Shown here: positions 10,521 to 19,843 of the stretch, piece after piece | Numbering within the stretch: the stretch's first letter is position 1 | How the letters are laid out: the number at the start of each line of letters is the position of its first letter | Origin: Lachnospiraceae bacterium | GTDB taxonomy: Bacteria > Bacillota > Clostridia > Lachnospirales > Lachnospiraceae | Assembly (NCBI GenBank): GCA_963588615.1 | Contig: CAVAJA010000028.1 | Coordinates: forward strand, 1-56,069 | Length of the DNA: 56,069 nt | Direction: 5' to 3' | The notes under the pieces: model-generated | The model's input: only the letters and a program-made list of their open reading frames with translations | The model's database searches: none | What the model was told of the DNA's origin: nothing | Translations under genes and position numbers: made by a program

Positions 10521-10562
10521 CAGAAGATCCCGGATTCCCTCGTGGAAATCCGGGATCTTCTG
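10521..10562. terminator. Inverted repeat between convergent sdaAA and the P-II-like gene, probable bidirectional terminator
   Basis: CAGAAGATCCCGGATT / AATCCGGGATCTTCTG, a 16-bp perfect stem. Confidence 0.75.
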
Positions 10563-10568
10563 TGAAGT

Positions 10569-11420
10569 CTAAACCAGTCCGACGGCGTCTTCAACAGGAA
10601 GGGAGACCACGACGCCCTTCGCAGGAGTGTTGAGTCCGCAGGACGTCGTGATGGCCTGCATCACCGCAGCCTTTTTATCTGCCGGGACAATGATCATGAC
10701 AAAATCCTGTTCCTCCTGGCCGTCGAAACCAAGGTAAGAAACGGTGGAGTCGCCGATGCGGCGGCCGTGAAGAACCGTGCCTCCTCTGGCACCGACCGCA
10801 CGGGCAGCATTGACAACGTCATCGCTGTGTCCGGAGGCTACGCTGACCCATAAGAGATGATAACGGGGAGCGGCAGAGTTGTCTGCGGCATGATCCGCAT
10901 AATTGCCGGTGTTGGGGTTGTCGTTCGAATTCATTTGATTGGACATATCGTTTTTACCTGTTCTGTTCTGTGTGTCTGCCGTCTGACTGGCGGCGGGCAG
11001 AATCGCATCGCCGGTCAACAGCTGTACGAGGGCACCCTGAACGGCATTCAGGGGCAGAGAGACGGCAATACCGGTACCTCTGCGGCCATAGGCCAGCGCC
11101 CGATTCATTCCATCGAAAATCTCTCTGACGCGGGCCCGGGGAACATAGGCGATGGTCAGAATTCGGATGTTGTCACCCAATCCGAGGATATCCAGAAATT
11201 CTGTGGGCGCCGTTCCTCTTGCACGAAGTTCACATAAAAGAGGCGCGCCGTGGGCATGGAACAACTCGGATACATGCCGTCTGGCCTCCTCATTGGTGAC
11301 GGAGAGGAGCAGCCGCAGGGAGGCCCTGGAAGTCATCAGGGAGGCATCCTGCGCTGCCGGCGGCTGAGGATCCGGCTTTGCCGTCCAACCCGGCAGCGGA
11401 AGATCAATTTTACCAATCAT
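10569..11420 (-). CDS. Tandem P-II (GlnB-like) domain protein
   Basis: Two P-II-like units (ARGTA...GTGIAVSLPL and GARGGTVLHGR...GVVVSLPVEDAVG) joined by a polar linker. Confidence 0.75.
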   Translation of the reverse strand: MIGKIDLPLPGWTAKPDPQPPAAQDASLMTSRASLRLLLSVTNEEARRHVSELFHAHGAPLLCELRARGTAPTEFLDILGLGDNIRILTIAYVPRARVREIFDGMNRALAYGRRGTGIAVSLPLNAVQGALVQLLTGDAILPAASQTADTQNRTGKNDMSNQMNSNDNPNTGNYADHAADNSAAPRYHLLWVSVASGHSDDVVNAARAVGARGGTVLHGRRIGDSTVSYLGFDGQEEQDFVMIIVPADKKAAVMQAITTSCGLNTPAKGVVVSLPVEDAVGLV

Positions 11421-11458
11421 AGTAGCTCCTTACATGTTATCTGCGAACGAAGACGGCA

Positions 11459-12964
11459 TCAGGCTTCTTCGAGGATCACAATGCTGTCATCAAAGTGTGC
11501 AGGGACCGATGCTTTCTTTGCCGCCTTCCGGCGATACAAAAGTCCCATAATCTGAATGGCAATGAGCGGAGCCAGTGCAACCAGAGCAACGACACCAAAA
11601 GCATCGGTGACGATGTTGCCGCCGACGGCTTCGCAGGCCCCCATGGCCAGAGGCAGCAGGAAGGTGGATGTCATGGGACCACTGGCAACTCCGCCGGAGT
11701 CGAACGCAATGCCGACAAAGACCGAAGGTACGAAGCGGCTCATAATCAGCGCGGCAGCATAGCCGGGAATCAGAATCCAGTAGATGCTGATCCCGGTGAG
11801 AACACGCATCATGGCAAGAGCAACGGCGCAGGCAACACCGGCCTGAAGAGCGATATTCATGGAATTGCGGGAGATCATTCCCGCGGTAATCTCCTCCACC
11901 TGTTCGTTCAGTACCTGTACGGCAGGCTCGGCTTTTACGATGTAGTAACCGATGAGGATGCCGATGGGAATCAGAATCCATGCGGTACGGCTGTTCGCAA
12001 TGCCGCTGCCCAGAAGGTTTCCGACAGGAGCAAAGCCAACGTTCACACCTGTCAGGAACAGAATCAGACCGACGATGGTATAGGCAAAGCCCATGAGGAT
12101 TCGGATGATTTTCTTTTTACTATAATAATGTGTCAGGAGCTGGAACAGGAAGAATACACCTACGATCGGAAGCGTGCTCCTGAGAACCTCTGAGGTGTAT
12201 TCCGGGAGTTCCTGAATGAACTGCAGCGCAACGTCCTGGGTGGTCAGAACCGGAGCCAGTTCGACGGCGTTGTAGGTCGCTTCCGATGGATGATAGAAAA
12301 TTCCCAGCAGCATGACCATGAGAATGGGACCGACGCTGCACAGAGCGATCAGACCGAAGCTGTCATTGCTGCCTTTATTGCTGCGGACACTGGAGAAACC
12401 GATGCCCAGCGCCATGATGAAGGGGACGGTCATAGGACCGGTTGTGACGCCGCCCGCATCAAAGGCAACCGCAAGAAAATCCTTCGGCACGAAAAGGGAC
12501 AGCAGGAACAGTACGAGATACAAAATCAGCAGCATCCGTGAGAGCGGAATTTTAAAGAGAATTCGGAGAACTGAAACGGCGGTGAAAAGTCCGACACCCG
12601 CCGCCACCGTCCAGATCAGCACATCATTGGGAATGGCCGATACCTGATTGGCCAGAACCTGCAGATCCGGCTCTGAGATGGTGATGAGCGCCCCGATGAG
12701 AAAACAGATGAGGACTGCGGCTGCGATGCTTTTCTGCCGGACGATCTTTCCTCCGATTCCCTGACCAAGAGGTGTCATGGAAATTTCAGCGCCCAGCTGG
12801 AAAAAACCCATTCCGATGATGAGGAGCACGGCTCCCATAAGGAATAAGGCAATGGTACCGATCTCCATGGGAACAACGGTCATGCTCAGAATGAGGACAA
12901 TAATGGTAATGGGAAGGACACTGGAGAGGGACTCTTTGGTTTTCTCTTTTAGCTTTTCGTTCAT
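11459..12964 (-). CDS. DUF1538 family membrane protein with two tandem domains
   Basis: Repeated halves with EPDLQVL / EPAVQVL and AFDAGGVTTGPMT / AFDSGGVASGPMT; start at MNEKLKEK after an AAGGAG RBS. Confidence 0.85.
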   Translation of the reverse strand: MNEKLKEKTKESLSSVLPITIIVLILSMTVVPMEIGTIALFLMGAVLLIIGMGFFQLGAEISMTPLGQGIGGKIVRQKSIAAAVLICFLIGALITISEPDLQVLANQVSAIPNDVLIWTVAAGVGLFTAVSVLRILFKIPLSRMLLILYLVLFLLSLFVPKDFLAVAFDAGGVTTGPMTVPFIMALGIGFSSVRSNKGSNDSFGLIALCSVGPILMVMLLGIFYHPSEATYNAVELAPVLTTQDVALQFIQELPEYTSEVLRSTLPIVGVFFLFQLLTHYYSKKKIIRILMGFAYTIVGLILFLTGVNVGFAPVGNLLGSGIANSRTAWILIPIGILIGYYIVKAEPAVQVLNEQVEEITAGMISRNSMNIALQAGVACAVALAMMRVLTGISIYWILIPGYAAALIMSRFVPSVFVGIAFDSGGVASGPMTSTFLLPLAMGACEAVGGNIVTDAFGVVALVALAPLIAIQIMGLLYRRKAAKKASVPAHFDDSIVILEEA

Positions 12965-13205
12965 GAAACTCCTTGCGAATGCAGCGTTTTTGCCAAACAA
13001 ATTAGCAGAAAATGAGTCCGTCAATGCAGGCATTGTCCGCACATTTTATGCCAATTCGCCTGGCATGGGATAATTACTCACATTTTAACATAAAGAAAAT
13101 TGTGAAATGCGGTCGCTAAGAAATCTTAACAGAAAATTCAGGAGAGGTGTCTGCTGTCCGCAAGTGATTGATTCACGTTGAAATCGTCAGGTGCTGAACG
13201 GATAC

Positions 13206-13245
13206 AAAAAAAGCCCCGGCACGGAATGCTGCATCGCGCGGGGCT
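13206..13245 (-). terminator. Rho-independent terminator after the small ORF
   Basis: Minus strand AGCCCC...GGGGCT stem followed by a T run. Confidence 0.75.
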
Positions 13246-13280
13246 AAATCTTATCCGGCATATTCAATTCACTCTCCGCA

Positions 13281-13361
13281 TCATCTTCCGATGTACATGT
13301 GATCCGGGAACATATCACCGAACTGAACCAGAAAATCTACGACTTCAGATAATAATCTCAT
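13281..13361 (-). CDS. Small protein, 26 aa: MRLLSEVVDFLVQFGDMFPDHMYIGR (below the ORF-track cutoff)
   Basis: AAGGAGG RBS at 13369-13375, 7 nt from ATG; TATAAT at 13387-13392; terminator directly downstream. Confidence 0.7.
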   Translation of the reverse strand: MRLLSEVVDFLVQFGDMFPDHMYIGR

Positions 13362-13644
13362 AATATTGCCTCCTTAGAACAGATGTATTATAAAACATAT
13401 CAATAGCTATTATGAAAGTGGGCCGCCGGATACAGGGGTTATGAAATGCTTTGTATCCCTGCCGGATCTTCTATAAAAAGTCTGACCGGAAGTTTTGCTT
13501 CCCTCTTTCTGATGCTAGGATAAGACAAAAAAGAAAAATGGTAAAATACGAATAATTGGGACACAATCATATAATTTATATATAATTACATGCGGGCTGC
13601 GGTTCCTCGGCGGAAGAACCGCAGCATGCGGAAAGGAGCATCAC

Positions 13645-14841
13645 ATGAAATACGATTTTACTTCCATCATAGACCGCAGCGGGATGGATGCCATTGCGCT
13701 GGAGGAGATTCCGTTCGCAGATGCGCCGGTGAGGGATGGCTTCGATCGGATTCCCATGTGGGTGGCTGATATGAATTTTGCGACCGTTCCTACGATTCAG
13801 GAACACATGGCAGGGAGAATCGCACATCCGCTGTTCGGATATTTTGCACCGAGAGAGGAATACTATGAATCGATCGTTCGCTGGCAGAGGGACCACAACC
13901 AGGTCACAGACCTGACAAAGGAGGCGATCGGCTACGAGAATGGGGTCATCGGCTGTCTTTCGAGTGCACTGCAGGCATTTACGGCGCCGGGAGAAGCGGT
14001 GTTCCTGCATTCTCCGACATACATCGGATTTACGGGGGCACTGGAGGAGAATGGGCGCAGGCTTGCCGCATCACCGCTCGTAAAGGACGAAGAAGGAATC
14101 TGGCGGATGGATTACGCGGATATGGATCGCGTAATCAAGGAAAATCACATCCATTTTGCAATATTCTGCTCACCGCACAATCCCTGCGGACGTGTTTGGG
14201 AGAAGGAGGAAATCGAAAAGGCAATGGAGATTTTCCGCGAGAATAACTGCTGCGTATTCTCGGATGAGATATGGTCGGATCTTGTTCTGAACGGACATCG
14301 GCATATTCCGACGCAGAGCGTGTCAGAGGATGCAAAAATGCGCACGATTGCAGCCTATGCGCCGTCCAAGACGTTTAATCTGGCGGGGCTGGTAGGAGCT
14401 TACCATATCATATACAATCCGTATCTGAGAGATCGCATGGAAAAACAGGCCCGCCTCTCTCATTACAACGAGATGAATGTGCTGTCCATGCACGCGCTCA
14501 TCGGGGCGTATGAGCCGGAGGGATATGAATGGCTGGAGGAGCTGAAAGAGGTTTTGTCGGACAACATTAACTGGGCATGTGATTACATCGCGGAAAACTT
14601 TGAAGGGGTAAAGGTGTCCCGGCCGCAGGGAACCTATATGCTGTTCCTGGATTGCAGTGAATGGCTGGAGGCACATCACATGACGCAGGATGAGCTGATG
14701 CGTGCCGGCATTGCCGTTGGCGTCATCTGGCAGGACGGGCGCATGTTCCAGCAGGACGGAGCGATCCGGATGAATCTTGCGCTGCCGAGGAGCAGAATAG
14801 AAGAAGCCTTCCGCAGATTGAAGAAATATGTTTTTGGATAA
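13645..14841 (+). CDS. MalY/PatB family PLP enzyme (cystathionine beta-lyase / C-S lyase-like)
   Basis: PMWVADMNF, CSPHNPCGRVW, SDEI, APSKTFNLAGL (PLP lysine), GTYMLFLD, RMNLA. Confidence 0.9.
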   Translation: MKYDFTSIIDRSGMDAIALEEIPFADAPVRDGFDRIPMWVADMNFATVPTIQEHMAGRIAHPLFGYFAPREEYYESIVRWQRDHNQVTDLTKEAIGYENGVIGCLSSALQAFTAPGEAVFLHSPTYIGFTGALEENGRRLAASPLVKDEEGIWRMDYADMDRVIKENHIHFAIFCSPHNPCGRVWEKEEIEKAMEIFRENNCCVFSDEIWSDLVLNGHRHIPTQSVSEDAKMRTIAAYAPSKTFNLAGLVGAYHIIYNPYLRDRMEKQARLSHYNEMNVLSMHALIGAYEPEGYEWLEELKEVLSDNINWACDYIAENFEGVKVSRPQGTYMLFLDCSEWLEAHHMTQDELMRAGIAVGVIWQDGRMFQQDGAIRMNLALPRSRIEEAFRRLKKYVFG

Positions 14842-14886
14842 AACACCGGGCAGCTTACCGGAGAATTATGGAAAGAAGGGTGACTT

Positions 14887-15387
14887 ATGAAGACAAGGGA
14901 AGAATTGCTGGATCAGCTGTTCCTGGCCATGATTCATTTTGACAACGCAGACCCGAAGAGAATTCAGCACTTTACGAAGGTTCACAGCTATGCTCGTCTC
15001 ATCGGCAGGCTGGAGAACCTTGATGAAGAGGCACTGTTCACGCTGGAGGCTGCGGCCTATGTGCACGACATCGGAATTCGTGTCGCAGAGAAGAAATACG
15101 GCTATCAGAACGGAAAGCTGCAGGAGCAGGAAGGACCGGCCGCGGCCCGGGAGCTGATGCAGCCGCTTGGCTTTTCGCAGGACGTCATTGACAGAGTGAG
15201 CTTCCTGGTGGGACACCATCACACCTATGAGGGAATTGCGGACCTGGATTATCAGATTCTGGTGGAGGCGGATTTCCTGGTGAATCTGTTTGAGGACGGC
15301 GCTTCGGCGGAAACCGTGCACAGTGTGAGGGAGAAAATCTTCCGAACAGTTTCCGGGACAAAGCTCCTGAAAGAAATGTTCGGATGA
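14887..15387 (+). CDS. HD domain phosphohydrolase
   Basis: H...HDIG...HHH...EAD metal-binding pattern. Confidence 0.85.
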   Translation: MKTREELLDQLFLAMIHFDNADPKRIQHFTKVHSYARLIGRLENLDEEALFTLEAAAYVHDIGIRVAEKKYGYQNGKLQEQEGPAAARELMQPLGFSQDVIDRVSFLVGHHHTYEGIADLDYQILVEADFLVNLFEDGASAETVHSVREKIFRTVSGTKLLKEMFG

Positions 15388-15396
15388 ACGGCCAAA

Positions 15397-15424
15397 GTCC
15401 CTGCAGTCATTCGGCTGCAGGGAC
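15397..15424. terminator. Hairpin between convergent genes
   Basis: GTCCCTGCAG...CTGCAGGGAC. Confidence 0.6.
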
Positions 15425-15430
15425 CGATGT

Positions 15431-15850
15431 CTACCCGATTACTTCGAGCAGCCGTTTGCTGACCCTTGTTGTGACATCCAGATAGTATTGATAATCGGCG
15501 GCAGACATGGAGTCTGTGTCCTGTTTGTCGAGAGAGTTCATCGCCTCGGTGTACTCATCCAGCATATTGGAATAATCGCTGAGCATAGACAGTACATCGG
15601 AGGAACTGGCGGATTGGTATTTCTCCATAAAGTCGCAGTATTCATTCATCATGCTCTCATAGGAATCGAGGGCTTCTTTCAGCTCAGGGGTGACACTGGA
15701 GAGCTCATCGGAAGAAGCGCTGCCGGAGTCGTCAGCCTCAGAAGCGGTGTCAGCCTCGGAAGCGGTGTCAGTCTCAGAGGCGGTGTCGGTCTCAGAAGCA
15801 TTGTCGGCTTCGGAAGCGCTCTCGGTTCCGGAGGCATTGCCGCCGCTGCA
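15431..15850 (-). pseudogene. 5'-truncated lipoprotein (DUF6591-like C-terminus) lacking start codon and signal peptide
   Basis: Frame reads CSGGNASGTESASEAD...VTPELKEALDSYESMMNEYCDF...; upstream of the Cys it runs into the Mor-like gene and hits a stop with no start. Confidence 0.6.
15733..15820. repeat. Degenerate 18-bp tandem repeat encoding ASE(A/T)D(T/N) linker units
   Basis: GAAGCGGTGTCAGCCTC-like units repeated about 4-5 times. Confidence 0.75.
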
Positions 15851-16052
15851 GCTCCTTTGCCATTTCCGACGGCTTCATCTGGCCCAGATTATCCCGGATA
15901 AAGGAACGCATATATTCTTTTGAGTAGAGTTTGGTGGGAAAGGTGACATTGGTTCCGCCGTATTCCTTCCATAGCTTGCGTACCGCTGCGTCGCCGATGA
16001 GTTCCGCCATATCATGGTACAGTCTGCAGTATTTATCCGAATGGTCTGTCAT
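15792..16052 (-). pseudogene. Mor transcription activator family protein, 3'-truncated within the HTH
   Basis: Y.DMAELIG...LWKEYGGTNVTFPTKLYSKEY...SEMAKEL, then out-of-frame tail QRRQCLRNRERF. Confidence 0.6.
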
Positions 16053-16263
16053 GCTCTCCCCCTTTTGAAACAATTCTAGGGATTCTTTTTCGTAATTATC
16101 CTCTGCTGGCTTCATGTGAAATTTGCAGTACCGATTTCAGATTTTGCATTCTTATCTCTCTGTCATAGAATGTAGGACAGAAATGTACTGCCGCCTCCTT
16201 AAGAAGGGGACGGAAATTTCCGCGGAAATAAAAAGCGATCCGTACATGAGGGAGGAGCAGAAA

Positions 16264-16953
16264 ATGAAAAAGGGAGTAAGAGAAATGGCGGCAATTGCGC
16301 TGTGTGCGGTCTGCGCAGTTTTCATTGTGTTCAACGTGGTGCATCAGACGTTTGACTCAGGGGAAACGGAAAGTTCACAGGTGAATCCGCAGAAGGAGAG
16401 CATCTGGTCCAGCAAGATGCAGATCGGAGACATCTGCGTTGCCCTGCAGGAGGCGGTGTTGGGAAATGCGTCTGAGCAGAAGAAACTGGAGGTATATACG
16501 CAGGAAATCACAGATATTACAAAGGTAACGGATAAGGGGGCTTTGCCGTTTGGACTTTCAGAAAAATACCAGTATGTTCAGTACACCGGAACCGCAACCT
16601 ATACGGTGGATCTTGCCGGGATTGATGAAGAGCACATTTCCGTGGATGAGGACGCCAAAACAATCACACTGACAGTTCCGCATACGCAGGAGAATCTGGA
16701 CATTGAGGAAGAACAGACGGATACGGAGGAGACGGAAAAGGTTGGGATTCTGGCAGTGGGAGATCCTAAAATGTCAGAGGATGAACGGAAAACATTAATT
16801 CTTGAGGTTCGTGAGAAGATGGAAGCCAAGCTGGAGGAACAGGGAACGAGCGAAAAGGCCGACGAGATGGCCAGAACCATCGTTGCACAGATTTACCAGC
16901 CGTTTGTGACGGCGATCGATAAAGATTATCAGGTGAAGATTGCGTTCGAATGA
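16264..16953 (+). CDS. DUF4230 domain protein (membrane-anchored)
   Basis: N-terminal TM helix; YTGTATYTVDL..I.....VDEDAKTITLTVP pattern; GGAGGAG RBS. Confidence 0.7.
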   Translation: MKKGVREMAAIALCAVCAVFIVFNVVHQTFDSGETESSQVNPQKESIWSSKMQIGDICVALQEAVLGNASEQKKLEVYTQEITDITKVTDKGALPFGLSEKYQYVQYTGTATYTVDLAGIDEEHISVDEDAKTITLTVPHTQENLDIEEEQTDTEETEKVGILAVGDPKMSEDERKTLILEVREKMEAKLEEQGTSEKADEMARTIVAQIYQPFVTAIDKDYQVKIAFE

Positions 16954-17894
16954 TCGGGAATGGATCAAAAAGAGCTGAGATGAAAGAGATGAGCAGTAGG
17001 GAGGAGAAGAGCATGAGAGATGGAGAACATTCCGGCAGATGCGTGGTTTTGATCGTATGTCTTTTGGCTGCAATCGTATCGGCCACGGTGATAGGACCGA
17101 AGGTATCCAGTCCTCAAACAGCGGTATATCAGCATTTTGCACAGTCCCTGGACAGTAAGAAGCAGACCGTGGAGGCGATGGCGGGATCCGCAGCAGCAGC
17201 CTGTGCAGTCATTTCTCTGATGCCGGGAGATTTCGGGACGCCGATTGCCAATAAGCTGGCGGACCTGTCTGTGTGTTTCCTGTTCATTTTGTGTGCCCTG
17301 TATATTGAGAAATTCCTTCTGTCACTGACGGGGGTGGTGGTTTTCGAGCTGCTGATTCCGATCGCGCTGATCTTGTATGCGGTCAGCGGATATACAGAGG
17401 CAGTGATAAGACCTCTTGCGAAGAAACTTTTGTGTTTTTCGGTGATTTTCGCTCTGGTGGCACCCGTGAGCATTATGACGTCTGACCTGGTGGAGCAGCA
17501 GCACAATGCAGAGATTCAGCAGACCATAGAGCAGATGAACAGTGAGGTGACCGATATCTCCGGTGCTGCGGAGCAGGCGGACAGCGACAATTCGAGTGTG
17601 TGGAGCAAGTTCATTCAGACCGTAAAAGGCGGCAGCGAGACACTTCTGAACAAGCTTAAGGGAGTGCTGAACAGCTTCGTGGATCTGATTGCAATCTACA
17701 TTGTCACGACCTGCGTGATTCCGGTTGTGTGTCTGCTTATTGCGGGGTGGCTGATGAAGGTACTGTTCCAGATCGAGATCCCCGTTGCGGCAAGAATGAT
17801 TCCGCAGGAGGTGTGGAGGCACATGCCCTCACAACAGGCCAAAAATCGCGCGGATCTGAAGCGGATCGGGCATCGCAAAGACGACGCGGATTGA
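16950..17894 (+). CDS. Hypothetical multi-pass membrane protein
   Basis: Several TM helices, PGDFGTPIANKLADLS..EKFLL motif; ATGA coupling to the DUF4230 gene (alternative start near 17013). Confidence 0.7.
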   Translation: MIGNGSKRAEMKEMSSREEKSMRDGEHSGRCVVLIVCLLAAIVSATVIGPKVSSPQTAVYQHFAQSLDSKKQTVEAMAGSAAAACAVISLMPGDFGTPIANKLADLSVCFLFILCALYIEKFLLSLTGVVVFELLIPIALILYAVSGYTEAVIRPLAKKLLCFSVIFALVAPVSIMTSDLVEQQHNAEIQQTIEQMNSEVTDISGAAEQADSDNSSVWSKFIQTVKGGSETLLNKLKGVLNSFVDLIAIYIVTTCVIPVVCLLIAGWLMKVLFQIEIPVAARMIPQEVWRHMPSQQAKNRADLKRIGHRKDDAD

Positions 17895-17946
17895 TGGAAG
17901 AGATTCCGTTTTGACAGAACAAAGGGGAACATCAGCCACGTCCCAT

Positions 17947-18318
17947 TCACCCAAGCAGCACGTCCAGAACCATCATGGTGGTTCGCCTGAAATGGATGCG
18001 AACGCCTTCTGCCTCTGTGTTGAACTGATGCAGATGCGGCACGATGTGGTCCAGAAGGAGCAGAAAGAGAATTCCCAGCCAGAAGCCGCCGGCAGCAGGG
18101 AGAATCTCACTGCCGCCGGAACTCGCCGCCTGCTCCATAGAGGGAATCAGGAGGCTCCAGACGGAGGCGGCTACCATGACACCGGCAGCGAATCCGGTGA
18201 GTGTCTTCTGAAGAGAAGGCCGCAGCTCACGCTTCATGAAGAAAACACAGGCAGAATCGAGAGCTGTTCCCAGAAAAGGGATTCCCAGTCCAATCAGTGT
18301 GGCATAGAATGAATTCAT
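17947..18318 (-). pseudogene. ZIP/ZupT family metal transporter with an internal in-frame deletion
   Basis: GFAAGVMVAASVWSLLIP and LDHIVPHLH N-half joined directly to the C-terminal MMVLDVLLG; the HNxPEG core is absent; 123 aa. Confidence 0.8.
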
Positions 18319-18491
18319 AAATAACTCCGTGCAGCTGCAGGCGGGATCCGCAGGATTTCTGACCGGCAGAGGAACCGCAGCAGCCGATGATTCATTGTGC
18401 GTTATGATGTCCGCACACGCGGGAAAGGAAGCTCCCGAACCTGTCGTATTCCGGCAGGTATGGATGGTGCGAAGGAGGCAAGAGAAAACAC

Positions 18492-18509
18492 AGTTAGTAT
18501 AAGCTAACT
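18492..18509. promoter_or_regulatory. Putative DtxR/MntR-family metal-repressor box upstream of the ZIP gene
   Basis: Palindrome AGTTAG-TATAAG-CTAACT. Confidence 0.6.
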
Positions 18510-18617
18510 CACGGAGGAGCACAAGCTGCTCCTTCCGCAGTGCGGTTTTCGGAAGAAAAATTGGTGGGTGAAAATCGGGAGCAATGCAGGAGATTGAGGA
18601 AAAGGAGGTCAGAAAAG

Positions 18618-19676
18618 ATGAGAAGAAGAGGATGGTTTGCATTGTGTCTTGCAGCCTGCCTGCTCACAGGCTGCAGTCAGACGGGAACAGGGACGACAGA
18701 TACTGCAGCTGCAGATGCAGAATCGCAGGAACAGGCAGCAGACAGCGAGGCGGAAACGGCAGAGAATTCCGGGGAAACAGCGGAGAATGCAGGAGATGCT
18801 GAGGAGAAAGGCGGTCGGGAGGCGTCCGCTGCAGAGGAAGAAAATGTCCGCGCGGTGATGGTGAACGGCGAGATCTATTACGACACGGGCCTCATCAATG
18901 CGAACATGGGACGCTGCGGGACGCTGGATGGGAACATTACATCCGTCTGCAATTCCGATGAACTGCCGAAAGAGGACGGCGAGGCGAACTTTGAGGGAGC
19001 CGAAGGATTCCAGAACGGTCTGGAGGACGGAACCATAGAAATTGAATTGCAGGATGAACAGGAGGAGAAATCTGGTGATGAACCTGCCGATGAGGACGCG
19101 GAAGGTGCGGCAAAACACTGGTATGTTTTCGCCGTGGAATCCGTGAAGGAGGATCTGCTGCAGAATGCCCTGCCGCCCTACCGATACAGCGGCGAGGATG
19201 AACAGGAAGCTGCGCTGATCACGTATTTTCTGACAGAGCAGAACTACTATTACCAATCCTACGGATCGGTTACAATTCCGGCCTTCTGCATTCTTTCGTC
19301 TGAGGATGCGGAGGATGGAAGAATCAAGGTCTACGGGAATTTCTGGATGTTCTCTTACTTGAAGGATGGTGAGACGCTGTCCTGCGAGAGCGGCGGAGTG
19401 ACACCGGGGGCAGCTTACCTTCGCAAGGAGGACGGCGGCTATGCGGTGGATGAATTCGACCGGATCGAGGACGGAGACGATTACAGCACAGAGCTTGACA
19501 GGATCTGCGGGGGCAACTCCTCATTGGAGGAGCAGTACCGCGCATCTGCCGGCGGGGATTCCGAGGTGCTCAAGGAAAGCCGCCTGCAGTTTATCAATCA
19601 GTATGTACAGGACAATGATCTGGACATCACGGCATATCAGGATTACGGACAGGATCCGATATTGCTCTCGGACTGA
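18618..19676 (+). CDS. Acidic lipoprotein of unknown function
   Basis: MRRRGWFALCLAACLLTGC lipobox, A/E-rich linker, VMVNGEIYYDTG domain. Confidence 0.85.
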   Translation: MRRRGWFALCLAACLLTGCSQTGTGTTDTAAADAESQEQAADSEAETAENSGETAENAGDAEEKGGREASAAEEENVRAVMVNGEIYYDTGLINANMGRCGTLDGNITSVCNSDELPKEDGEANFEGAEGFQNGLEDGTIEIELQDEQEEKSGDEPADEDAEGAAKHWYVFAVESVKEDLLQNALPPYRYSGEDEQEAALITYFLTEQNYYYQSYGSVTIPAFCILSSEDAEDGRIKVYGNFWMFSYLKDGETLSCESGGVTPGAAYLRKEDGGYAVDEFDRIEDGDDYSTELDRICGGNSSLEEQYRASAGGDSEVLKESRLQFINQYVQDNDLDITAYQDYGQDPILLSD

Positions 19677-19728
19677 GAGAAGAATTGTCTGTCCTTGAAC
19701 GACAGTTCACGGAATTGGAATAAAATCA

Positions 19729-19799
19729 CAAAAAGCCCGCAGAGCGGTTGTTGAACCGCCCTGCGGGCTTTTGTGCGGGGATGGATTCAATCCATCCCC
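19729..19799. terminator. Bidirectional terminator plus a second hairpin between the lipoprotein and hsp20
   Basis: AAAAGCCCGCAG...CTGCGGGCTTTT, then GGGGATGGATT-C-AATCCATCCCC. Confidence 0.85.
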
Positions 19800-19843
19800 A
19801 TGTATATAGGAGAATAGAGAATTAAATGAGCCTGTATCACAGA

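Noticed and set aside
13137..13200. GGAGAG...TCAGG resembling a glycine riboswitch
   Set aside because: Lacks the central CCGAAG motif and has no co-oriented downstream gene
15733..15820. Tandem repeats as a possible CRISPR array
   Set aside because: 18-bp adjacent units with no spacers and no cas genes; they encode a protein linker
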